Assembly (NCBI GenBank): GCA_041640595.1
Contig: JBEPZY010000009.1
Location: 96,001 to 160,000 of the forward strand
DNA from: Gemmatales bacterium
GTDB lineage: Bacteria; Planctomycetota; Planctomycetia; Gemmatales; HRBIN36
Length of the DNA: 64,000 bases
Direction: 5' to 3'
Part shown: positions 8,983 through 17,581 of the stretch, one piece after another
Layout of the letters: each line of letters starts with the position of its first letter
Numbering within the stretch: the first letter of the stretch is position 1
Position numbers and translations under genes: made by a program
The notes under the pieces: generated by a model
What the model saw: only the letters and a program-made list of their open reading frames with translations
Databases searched by the model: none
Told to the model about the DNA's origin: nothing

Positions 8983-11961
8983 ATGAATCTCGTCAACAAC
9001 CAAGGCTTCCACAATCCTCAACCCGCGACTGGTGCCGAGTTGTTCAGCGCCGACCGGCATCCTTTGCTTGAACGCGAAGCCGTGCGACAAATTGGTATCC
9101 ACGGGGCTCGGGGCACCGGTAAAACCTGTTATCTTGCCTCGTTGTACGGCCGCAGGATTAACTACGACCTGGGGTTCAGCCTCTCGTTGGACGACAACAA
9201 TCCCGAGGATTCGCTCGATCACCTCAGCCACGCCTGGCAGGCGTTGCAGAAAGGTAGCGTGCCTCCCGCCACGGCAGCGGTCAATCCGTTCCGTCTCTCT
9301 TTCACCGTAACGCATTGTGGCCAGAGCTGGTCTGTCCGGACTCTCGATTACGCCGGCGTTCTCGTCGAGCGTACCCCCACCGGCGCCCAGGACCTCAAGA
9401 TGGAAGTGCAACAATGGCTCTGCCAGTGCGACGGACTGCTCATTTTCGTGGACCTCAGCGAACAGCCTCAGAATTTGCTCGACCGCCTCAACGAAGTGGA
9501 CCTTCTGCTCAACCGCCTCCGCAAACTCAGCCCGGATGGCCAAACCGTACCCATCCCCGTAGCCGTCGTCTTCACCAAATGGGATTGCGTGGCTAAAGAC
9601 CTGCAAGGGGCTGATTTCGCCAGTCAACAGCAGAAACTCCGTCACTATCTCGCTAACCATGCCGAGTTCAAGCAGTTTTATGACCAGATCCAGCTCAGCG
9701 GCGAGCGAGTCGAGGTTTTTCCGGTTTCGGTTTTCGGCAAATATCAGGGCAATAATCTCCCGCCGCCGCAGGGAGCTCAACCTTTCGGTATTCACGAGCC
9801 CATCCTCTGGGTGCTTCAGGAATGCGATCAGGCAATTTTCGATGCCACCGAGGCGCGAGTGACCCCGCTCCTGAACAAACGCTGGGCCAACTACGCGAAA
9901 GCCATTGCTACTTATAACTCAATCGCCAGAAAACGCCTGATTGTTCGTGGGCCGGTCGCAGATAGTTTCGCCCAGGCCATTCGCCAGCTGCGTATGCGTG
10001 CCGCCTTTCGCTTCACACGCCTGGCCGCTTCTATCCTATTCACCTCGGTGCTGCTGACCCTGTCCGGAATGTTAGGCTGGGATACCTATCGCTACCACGC
10101 CGCCCTTAGGGCACTAAACGACGTTCGGTATTTGCCGGAAATGAAAGAACAAGCCGCCCTGGATTACATCAAAACAGCTAACCCCTTTGCACAGTGGCTC
10201 GGTCGTCGTCAGCGCGTCGAGGAACATCTCGCTAAGTTGCGCAATGACTGGCACGACGCTGACTATAATGAATTACTATCGTTCTGGACAGCACACGAAG
10301 CGGACGAAACTAAGCAGCAGGAAATCGTAACCCGCACACGCCAGTTTCTAAATCGGTGGCCCGATAGTCCTTGCCGTTCTGAAGTTGAAACCTGGCAGCG
10401 AAACGCCGATGCCATTGTCCGTAAGCAACACGAGCAAAAAGCCTGGGAGGGTCTGGTGCAATTCTTCACCCAGCATGATAAAGACTCCGAGGCGGAACAA
10501 CGCATTAACAGGATCGAAACGTTTTTGCGTGAGTATCCCGAGTCTGACTATAAGGAAGATGCACTAAGCTTAAAAAGAACCGCCGAAGATGCTCACAAGC
10601 GCTGGCAACAGTTCCAGACCCTGCTAAGTGACTGGCCACAAATAAAGCAGGAATGTGAGACCTTGACCATCGGCGGTAATTCTGATGCGGCCGTTAAAAG
10701 GTGCGTGGAATTCCGAGCCAAATGCCAGCAGTTTCAACGGTCAGTATGGTCATCTCCAACTTATAAAGAGTATAGCGACGAGCTGGCCCGGCTCCTAGAC
10801 GAGATTGACAAGACCGGCGACCAATGTCAGTGGCGGGGAGTCGAACTTTATACCGCTCGCAACCCTTCAAACTATGACGAAATCATCAAGAGGGCGAAAG
10901 CATATAAGGACAGCACAACATTCGCCACTAAGTATTTCGAGAAGGCAGCGGATAAGCTTATGATGCAGACCCTGCGAAGTGAATGGTCCCAGATACAAGT
11001 CGAATGTGAGAACCTGACCAACGGCGGTAACTCTGATGCGGCCGTTGAAAAGTGCAAGGAATTCCGAACCAAATGCCGGCAGTTTCAACAGTCCGTCTGG
11101 TCATCTCCAACTGATAAAGAGTATCGCGACGAGCTGGCCCAGCTCCTTGACGAGATTGACAAGACCGGCGACCAATATCAGTGGCGGGGAGTCAAACTTT
11201 ATGCCGATCGCAACCGTTCACACTATGAGCAAATCATCGAGAAGGCGGAAGCATATAAGGACAGCAAAATCTTCACCACTAAAAGCTATGATAAGGAAGC
11301 GGATAGTCTCATCGAAAAGACGGCTGAGAGCTGGGACTCCGCACTGTATAACGGTTTTCGGAACGCTGCCATCTACGCCGCTGGTCTGGCAGTCGAGACC
11401 AACGATATGGAGCGAAAGACCCGCGCATTTGAAGATGCGGCCAAGTTAGCCCGTGCATATCTTGAGAGCAAATGCCCAAAGAAAAAACATAAGTCAACCG
11501 TGGAAAAATGGTTGCAATGGTTCGATGGAATCAACAAACCTGCCGTAGCGTTAACGGTGATTATCGTCGATGCTCAATTAGCTGACAATGCGGAGACCAT
11601 CTATGATCCGTTCGATCCGCCTGATGTGGAAATTACCCTGGAACTCAGCACACAGGCAGGCCAAAACCAGCAATGGAAAACCCCCGTCGTGAATAATAGC
11701 TTTGCTCCGAGGTATAACGTCGAATGCAGGAATGTTATGGTAAGCTGGAACGACCGCAACGCAAAGCTAAAACTGACTCTAACCGACAAGGACATAGCCT
11801 CTGATGACGAGTTGCCTATAACTTTCCAGGGGCCAGATGTGATTTTCCTGCTGGAAGGCTGGGTTTGGGTACAGGATGGGCCAGGACGCCATCACATTCG
11901 CTTTTCCTGTGAGCAATTGCGGCCACCAACCTTGCCTGAGTATGGTAACAATCCTCTATAA
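8983..11961 (+). CDS. TRAFAC-class GTPase-domain membrane protein (GTPase - TM - helical repeats - C2-like domain), 992 aa
   Basis: G1 GARGTGKT, G3 DYAG, G4 TKWD, G5-like FPVSVFG; TM LAASILFTSVLLTLSGMLGW; 117-aa tandem duplication; C-terminal KTPVVNNSFAPRYN ... LKLTLTDKDIASDDEL; AAGGAG RBS. Confidence 0.85.
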   Translation: MNLVNNQGFHNPQPATGAELFSADRHPLLEREAVRQIGIHGARGTGKTCYLASLYGRRINYDLGFSLSLDDNNPEDSLDHLSHAWQALQKGSVPPATAAVNPFRLSFTVTHCGQSWSVRTLDYAGVLVERTPTGAQDLKMEVQQWLCQCDGLLIFVDLSEQPQNLLDRLNEVDLLLNRLRKLSPDGQTVPIPVAVVFTKWDCVAKDLQGADFASQQQKLRHYLANHAEFKQFYDQIQLSGERVEVFPVSVFGKYQGNNLPPPQGAQPFGIHEPILWVLQECDQAIFDATEARVTPLLNKRWANYAKAIATYNSIARKRLIVRGPVADSFAQAIRQLRMRAAFRFTRLAASILFTSVLLTLSGMLGWDTYRYHAALRALNDVRYLPEMKEQAALDYIKTANPFAQWLGRRQRVEEHLAKLRNDWHDADYNELLSFWTAHEADETKQQEIVTRTRQFLNRWPDSPCRSEVETWQRNADAIVRKQHEQKAWEGLVQFFTQHDKDSEAEQRINRIETFLREYPESDYKEDALSLKRTAEDAHKRWQQFQTLLSDWPQIKQECETLTIGGNSDAAVKRCVEFRAKCQQFQRSVWSSPTYKEYSDELARLLDEIDKTGDQCQWRGVELYTARNPSNYDEIIKRAKAYKDSTTFATKYFEKAADKLMMQTLRSEWSQIQVECENLTNGGNSDAAVEKCKEFRTKCRQFQQSVWSSPTDKEYRDELAQLLDEIDKTGDQYQWRGVKLYADRNRSHYEQIIEKAEAYKDSKIFTTKSYDKEADSLIEKTAESWDSALYNGFRNAAIYAAGLAVETNDMERKTRAFEDAAKLARAYLESKCPKKKHKSTVEKWLQWFDGINKPAVALTVIIVDAQLADNAETIYDPFDPPDVEITLELSTQAGQNQQWKTPVVNNSFAPRYNVECRNVMVSWNDRNAKLKLTLTDKDIASDDELPITFQGPDVIFLLEGWVWVQDGPGRHHIRFSCEQLRPPTLPEYGNNPL

Positions 11962-12035
11962 GGCCGACAGCAACCGACTCGCGGCCATGCAGCTTAGTTA
12001 GAAATGACCACCATGGGAAAGACAAGTGGACCCCT

Positions 12036-13544
12036 ATGTACCCCAACCTAACTGCTATGAGCAACGAAACGCCGACTGTCAGTACAAGTGGCAGCGCACC
12101 GCCCCCGCAGGAGATCAGCGCTGAGATTGAGGTTCCCTACGCGGTTCATCGCTGGTTCGCCAGCGGTGAAGGCTGGGCATACCATCCGGACATAGACCTC
12201 AAGCAGGTGCGAAGGTGGGCGACCAGGATACTTGCAAATCGTAGCGACGTCTGGCAGCCCACGCCCGAGGGCGAACAGGTTAGTGAGGCCCTGGAGAAAG
12301 AACAGTTACCTTGCGATACCGGGCATAACCTATGCCTCGTATATAGGCATTACGCGGATAAGGAGTGTCCGGATCCGAGAGCAAAGCAGCGTTTCCCAAC
12401 CGTACTTATCGTGGCATTAGCTCACGACCTCAATGATGCAGAAATCAAAGAAGTGCAAAAGCAACTTAGTGCACTCCACGACAAGGACTTACCGCAACAA
12501 CCAGGGCGCCAGGATACCCTCAAACTCATAGTAAAGCGAATCCCCGCGCCTACCGCGAACGACCAACCGGTAACTCCTGATAATATCCCGGCCAGTAATC
12601 AACCTGATGCTCATCCTGACGTTCATCGGCCGGCCCATCGTTCGTTCAAGCCGGTTATGCTGTGTGGGGCGGTGTCCGTGTTGTTAGCGGTTGGTGTCGC
12701 AATCTACTTGGAACTTTTTCTGCCGGAAACACCGGTCAAATCGCAAAGAGTAGATATCAGTCCGACTGTACCGAGTGAAAGCGGGAATGGTACTGCTTTG
12801 GTTGCTCCTACACTGCCTTCTAATGCTGCGCTGTTTGCAAATAACACGAACACTAAGTCCACTGATAATCAATCTCCTGGTAGCGCAGCACGTGTGAAGT
12901 CCCAACCAGAAGGCGCGGCGCGCTGGAGAAAAGAGGCTGCCGAAGCTATGCTCCGTCATCTGAAACGCTGGCATAAAAGTGGGCCGCTTATCAAGGAGTT
13001 AGACCATGTGCCTTCTCTCAGGCAGGAAGCGCGTCGGCTTCTGGAAGCGAACTTGGAAACCGTGCCTACAGGCGGCACAATTCCCATGGAGCTGGAAAAT
13101 CAGATCATGAGCCGATTCTTTCTCGTGCTCAGCCAGGAACCGGTAAGGGATTTATTGAACGAAGATGTTAAGAACAATACCTGGCAGGGAAAGTTTATGT
13201 GGCAGTTTCGTGAGGAACATCCGTATGCTAAGGGGACTTGTCCCAGATGGTATCCAGAATCGGAACAGGAACTGCGACAGTGGCTCCAAGATCTGGAGCA
13301 GTGCTTTACAAGTCATTCCCCAGGTGCACCGAAAGATCATATCGCAGGTGAACCAAATATTAGGTCTCACGAGGCATCGGACGCAATATCAGACCTGGTT
13401 GATCGGGTAGCCGGACGCATTGATTACTTTGCCTGGAAGCAGGCAGTTGAGTCTCTTGGCGGGAAGCTCAAGGATTGCACAGATACGAGATTGAAAAAAT
13501 GGGTCGAAAATTTCAGAGCCAGCACGAATGGACCGTCCAGGTGA
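12036..13544 (+). CDS. Hypothetical single-TM protein, probable partner of the GTPase (start may be ATG 12057)
   Basis: 502-aa ORF; globular N-terminal domain, Pro-rich linker, TM VMLCGAVSVLLAVGVAIYL, C-terminal domain similar to the next gene. Confidence 0.75.
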   Translation: MYPNLTAMSNETPTVSTSGSAPPPQEISAEIEVPYAVHRWFASGEGWAYHPDIDLKQVRRWATRILANRSDVWQPTPEGEQVSEALEKEQLPCDTGHNLCLVYRHYADKECPDPRAKQRFPTVLIVALAHDLNDAEIKEVQKQLSALHDKDLPQQPGRQDTLKLIVKRIPAPTANDQPVTPDNIPASNQPDAHPDVHRPAHRSFKPVMLCGAVSVLLAVGVAIYLELFLPETPVKSQRVDISPTVPSESGNGTALVAPTLPSNAALFANNTNTKSTDNQSPGSAARVKSQPEGAARWRKEAAEAMLRHLKRWHKSGPLIKELDHVPSLRQEARRLLEANLETVPTGGTIPMELENQIMSRFFLVLSQEPVRDLLNEDVKNNTWQGKFMWQFREEHPYAKGTCPRWYPESEQELRQWLQDLEQCFTSHSPGAPKDHIAGEPNIRSHEASDAISDLVDRVAGRIDYFAWKQAVESLGGKLKDCTDTRLKKWVENFRASTNGPSR

Positions 13545-13565
13545 GCAATAAAGGAGACGGCACGA

Positions 13566-14630
13566 ATGTTAGGAGCCAGCTTGCGAAGAACGGTCAGGGC
13601 AGTCTTACGAGGGTTGGTTGCCGTATTAATCGCGGTATTAATAACCGCGGCCATAGTTGTAGGCGTACATGGTGCGTTGCGTGCCGCTCAGGATAGGCGT
13701 GAATTACAGCCAGCCCTCGAATATATGGCCTCGGTGGTAGAAGCAGCGATCGGCTATACACCTAAAGACCGCGAAGGGATCACCGAGGCTTTTTTCACTC
13801 TTTACAGCAGAACGCACTGGCAGACTGGGGAAATAGGCAACAAAAACCATCCCGATGCACAGTTCCTTATGCGTCTGCCGGATAACGTCCAGCAAGTACC
13901 TCGGTCTTTTCTGGCAAGGTGGCGAACGAGGCCATTGTACGACTATATAGAGCAACACACGCTGGGATTATTGAACGCGGTGAGCGCACCAACCGACGTG
14001 TCTAATTTTCCGTTGGCTGATCGGATAAGGCTATGCAGCGAGCGATGTCGCTATCAGTTGTGGTGGGAGAAGGATGGCGCAAATAAACTTGACGTGTTGG
14101 GACTGGATTCACCCGCCCTGGATGCGAAACGGTTGCAGGCGTTTTATCAATTGTTTTGCAAGGATAGCAAACCTCCTGCGTGGCAGGTGGAAACAGCCAA
14201 GCTGATACTCGGCGACTTACGCCGCTGGCGAGTGGGGGGACTTAGCGATGCCGATTGCGAACATCGTCCATACTTAGTGTTCGCGTGTTACTTTCATCTG
14301 CTCTCCCACAAACATTTCAGGAATGACGAATTGAAGCTCGATTGCTATGCTTCGCATTTCGTATTGCGCCTCCCGGATAAACCCATTTCTCTCCATGGCA
14401 AATTTGACTCTGAGAAAGAACTGGCCCAGGCATTCGAAAAGCTGCTCACTTCTATCTCGCAGCAGAAACCGGCACAGGATGTTAGAAACGTTTTGGAGCA
14501 AATTCGCAAGGAACTGGATTACGATGTTTGGCTCGCCAGGTTCAGGGTCCTGATAAAGACCTCCGATGAGGACAAGACGACCGTCCATCTGAAGAATTTC
14601 GTGGCTCGATTTTCGAGCGGGAAAAATTAG
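13566..14630 (+). CDS. Hypothetical membrane-anchored protein with internally repeated domain
   Basis: AAGGAG RBS; N-terminal TM GLVAVLIAVLITAAIVVGV; AFFTLYS...QFLMRLPD is echoed by CYFHLLS...HFVLRLPD. Confidence 0.78.
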   Translation: MLGASLRRTVRAVLRGLVAVLIAVLITAAIVVGVHGALRAAQDRRELQPALEYMASVVEAAIGYTPKDREGITEAFFTLYSRTHWQTGEIGNKNHPDAQFLMRLPDNVQQVPRSFLARWRTRPLYDYIEQHTLGLLNAVSAPTDVSNFPLADRIRLCSERCRYQLWWEKDGANKLDVLGLDSPALDAKRLQAFYQLFCKDSKPPAWQVETAKLILGDLRRWRVGGLSDADCEHRPYLVFACYFHLLSHKHFRNDELKLDCYASHFVLRLPDKPISLHGKFDSEKELAQAFEKLLTSISQQKPAQDVRNVLEQIRKELDYDVWLARFRVLIKTSDEDKTTVHLKNFVARFSSGKN

Positions 14631-15054
14631 TTCGGCACCTGAACCGTGTCCTGTCACGTTTGGCGTCCTGCGTGCGTTAAGGTGTTGGAAAACGAGGAGA
14701 CACGCAGATAGCTGTAAGGTGCATGCGAAAACACCAGCACTTGCTTCCACTTGTGCATCACCACGGGGCTAAGCAAACGGGCGAAGAAGAACAGGAGCAG
14801 CTAGTTGCGTGTTCGCGGCGGGGTTGGTCCCGGTAGGGGTTGGCGTTGCGTTGTGGCGGTTGAGGATCGTAGCGGAGCGGCGTTGGGCCGCTCGTTATCG
14901 TTTAAAAGTGCAGTCACGGATGAGGCGAGTTGATGGAATATTGCCTCCGAATGAGGTGCGGCGGACCGCTTACAGGACTCAGCCAGCATTTCAGTGACGT
15001 GTTGGTGGAATGCTGCCTCCGAATGAGGTGCGGTGGTGCGTACAATAGTGAGCT

Positions 15055-15729
15055 ATGCGAGCGGTGATCTTTTTTGACATAGACGGGACATTGCTGCGCA
15101 GTGGTGGGGCAGGTAAACTGGCGATGGAAACCGCTATATGCCAGACGTTCGGCGTACCGCCTGCCGGTGTTCGCATTCCCTATAGCGGGCGAACCGATCG
15201 TGCTATCATACGCGACTTGATGCAGGCTCACGGCGTACCTCTCACCGAGGAGAATTTCCAGCGTTTCGTGCAAACGTACTTGCAGCTGTTGCCGGACTGC
15301 CTCAGGCGAATGCAGGGACGAGTGCTGCCGGGTGTGCTCGAACTGCTCGATCGGCTGCAAGGTCAGGAAAATTGTGCGGTCGGTTTGCTCACGGGCAATC
15401 TGCGCTGTGGTGCACGAACCAAGCTGGGGCATTTTGGTCTAGCGGAGCGCTTCCCTTTTGGTGGATTTGGCGACCACCATTACGAACGGGATCGGGTGGC
15501 TCGAGACGCTCTGGCAGCTGCTCACGCTTACTTGAACGGTCAATACGACCCGAACCGCATCTGGGTGATTGGCGATACGCCGCTCGATATCCAATGCGCA
15601 CGCAGCATCGGTGCGCGGGTTCTGGCTGTGGCGACCGGCACGCATTCGCTGGAAGAACTTGCCGCTCACCGCCCCGATTTACTCCTTCCTGATCTGAGCC
15701 AATATCAACTGTTTCTAGAGCACATTTGA
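15055..15729 (+). CDS. HAD-family hydrolase (phosphoglycolate phosphatase-like)
   Basis: FFDIDGTLL motif I, LLTGN, VIGDTPLDI motif IV. Confidence 0.92.
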   Translation: MRAVIFFDIDGTLLRSGGAGKLAMETAICQTFGVPPAGVRIPYSGRTDRAIIRDLMQAHGVPLTEENFQRFVQTYLQLLPDCLRRMQGRVLPGVLELLDRLQGQENCAVGLLTGNLRCGARTKLGHFGLAERFPFGGFGDHHYERDRVARDALAAAHAYLNGQYDPNRIWVIGDTPLDIQCARSIGARVLAVATGTHSLEELAAHRPDLLLPDLSQYQLFLEHI

Positions 15730-15733
15730 CCAG

Positions 15734-15762
15734 TTGACAAATATACACTATTCGCCTAGCAT
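15734..15762 (+). promoter_or_regulatory. Putative sigma70 promoter
   Basis: TTGACA-N17-TAGCAT upstream of GGAGG RBS and ATG 15786. Confidence 0.6.
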
Positions 15763-15785
15763 AGTTACGAGAGCGGGAGGAAGTT

Positions 15786-16853
15786 ATGAACGCGCAACCA
15801 GCGGATAGCCGCCCAAAGCAAAGCCGCGAAACCAGGCGATGGCAACGCAGTTGCGGTCGCACCTCAGGTCGGCGACACAAAGACGTTTGTCTGTCTCGTC
15901 CCCGCCGGCTGGAATGCTGGAAAATACCTGGCGTGGAAGCGTTGCCCCAGGCAGGGCGGATACGTCGCAACGTGGTGCTCTCGTTGGCCAGTGGTCTGGA
16001 CGTGGCGGAACTCGATTTGCTGAGTAGCAGTCCCCTGACTTCGGTATCCGCTCCCTGGCGAGGGCCATCAACAGAGCAAATGCCACTACGCTGGTTGGCT
16101 GAAACTTTACCGTACTGGCAAAACCGGGCAGGTCATTTGGCATCTCGCTTCCAGGCAGTGTTCTTGTCGCCGCGATTCGACCCGTTACCGCCCTGTATTG
16201 CGGTGCAGGAAGCCGTCGCTGCCTGGATAAACCTGTGTGCTCGGCTCGGTCTGGCTTGCTGGTTGCAGACCCGCGGCGTGATTTTGCCGGTTGTATGGCG
16301 GGCTTTGCGGGAACATGCGGGCTTTGTGCGGGTAACGATTGCCCTGAGCACGTTGGACGCGACTTTGAGCCGAGTCTTAGAACCAGGAACAGCACCGCCG
16401 CTACTGCGGTTGCGGCAACTGAAAAGATTGCGCGAACTGGGCGTGCCGGTGCAGGTGACTCTCGCGCCACTGGTGCCAGGCGTGACCGATAGGGCGGAGA
16501 ATTTGCAGCCGGTACTAGCGAGCCTGGCCGAGCTCGGTATTAGCCGCGCCACGACCGGCTTTTTGCTTTTGGATCCGCTGGCGGAGCTAGGTTCTCATGC
16601 TGGTGTCTGCCCGGCCGACTGGCTGAAGCCGCTGGAGGAGTTATACCTGGCAGGCAGTCTGCGTCGCTGGGGCGCCAGCCAGCTCGCCCGATGTTTACCC
16701 TACCGCGACCGGCAACGCCGATATGCAGTGATCATGGCACTGGCAGCACAGTTCGGCATGGAAGTCCGGCCCAACACGCTCTCCGATCCCGATTTCCGCA
16801 GTGGCTCGGCCGGTGGTGAGCAACTGGCGCTGGCCTGGTCAGCAAGCGAATAA
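15786..16853 (+). CDS. Spore-photoproduct-lyase (SPL)-like radical SAM-fold protein lacking the CX3CX2C motif
   Basis: SPRFDPLPP, LQTRG, VTIALSTLDATLSRVLEPGTAPPLLRLRQLKRL and LAPLVPGVTD resemble SPL-family radical SAM proteins. Confidence 0.7.
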   Translation: MNAQPADSRPKQSRETRRWQRSCGRTSGRRHKDVCLSRPRRLECWKIPGVEALPQAGRIRRNVVLSLASGLDVAELDLLSSSPLTSVSAPWRGPSTEQMPLRWLAETLPYWQNRAGHLASRFQAVFLSPRFDPLPPCIAVQEAVAAWINLCARLGLACWLQTRGVILPVVWRALREHAGFVRVTIALSTLDATLSRVLEPGTAPPLLRLRQLKRLRELGVPVQVTLAPLVPGVTDRAENLQPVLASLAELGISRATTGFLLLDPLAELGSHAGVCPADWLKPLEELYLAGSLRRWGASQLARCLPYRDRQRRYAVIMALAAQFGMEVRPNTLSDPDFRSGSAGGEQLALAWSASE

Positions 16854-16861
16854 GGTGCACC

Positions 16862-17581
16862 CTAACCGCGCGACCGCACCAGCATCAGATGGCGTGAGAA
16901 GCGTTCCTTCAGGTGGCGGTGGACTTTTTTGAGCAATTCCAGGTCGGATTCGGTGATCTCGCGCTGCTGGATAACCAGACCATGATGGCTGGCCAGCTCG
17001 TGAGCAGCGTCGAGCAGGCTTTCGATAGCTTTCAGCTTGCGATCCACAGCCTCGCCGCTGGTCTGGTCGCCCAGGTCCCAGAATTTACACGCCTCGGCAA
17101 AAGTCAAATCAAAAGTCTGGCCCGTAACGTACTTATCCACGGCGGAAGAATCGAGCAGGTGCAGGAGTAACTTCTGTTGCTCGCGGGAAAGGCGCTGACT
17201 GGCGGGTGGTTCCTCTTCGGGTTCCTGCCCTTCGAGAATGCGTTTAGCGATGCGCTGACCCTCTCGGGAGACGCTGTAGAGTTTCTGTCCGACCTTGGCC
17301 AGCCAGCCCCGTTTGGCCAGGCCACGTTCACCCATAATCGCGGACAATACCCGATTGGCATCCGGGTACTGGTCGGCGTAACCGCGCAGGCCAAACGCGT
17401 TGGGAAATTCTTTCCAGGCGGCCACAATCAGGTCTTCGGCACTGAACGGGGAGTGGCCCTGCTGTTCGAGCTTGTAAGCAGCCAGAAGAATCATTTCAGG
17501 CAGTGTCAGGTCGGTGCGATTGGGGACGGTGCGAATCAAGGCTGTACCCTTCCGATAGGGCTGCCTTCCCGGCAGCCGCAA
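16862..17581 (-). CDS. Hypothetical protein with N-terminal winged-helix-like region (start uncertain)
   Basis: ILLAAYKLEQQGHSPFSAEDLIVAAWKEFPNAFGLRGY...YPDANRV; abuts the MerR gene. Confidence 0.7.
   Translation of the reverse strand: MRLPGRQPYRKGTALIRTVPNRTDLTLPEMILLAAYKLEQQGHSPFSAEDLIVAAWKEFPNAFGLRGYADQYPDANRVLSAIMGERGLAKRGWLAKVGQKLYSVSREGQRIAKRILEGQEPEEEPPASQRLSREQQKLLLHLLDSSAVDKYVTGQTFDLTFAEACKFWDLGDQTSGEAVDRKLKAIESLLDAAHELASHHGLVIQQREITESDLELLKKVHRHLKERFSRHLMLVRSRG

Noticed and set aside
8767..9795. 342-aa minus-strand ORF
   Set aside because: Antisense to the GTPase domain, which has clear motifs and an RBS.
8245..15050. Prophage or integrative element at the ssrA 3' end
   Set aside because: No integrase or phage gene, and I could not find a duplicated ssrA 3' end (att site). 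The weak GCCTCC matches near 14944 and 15015 are too short.
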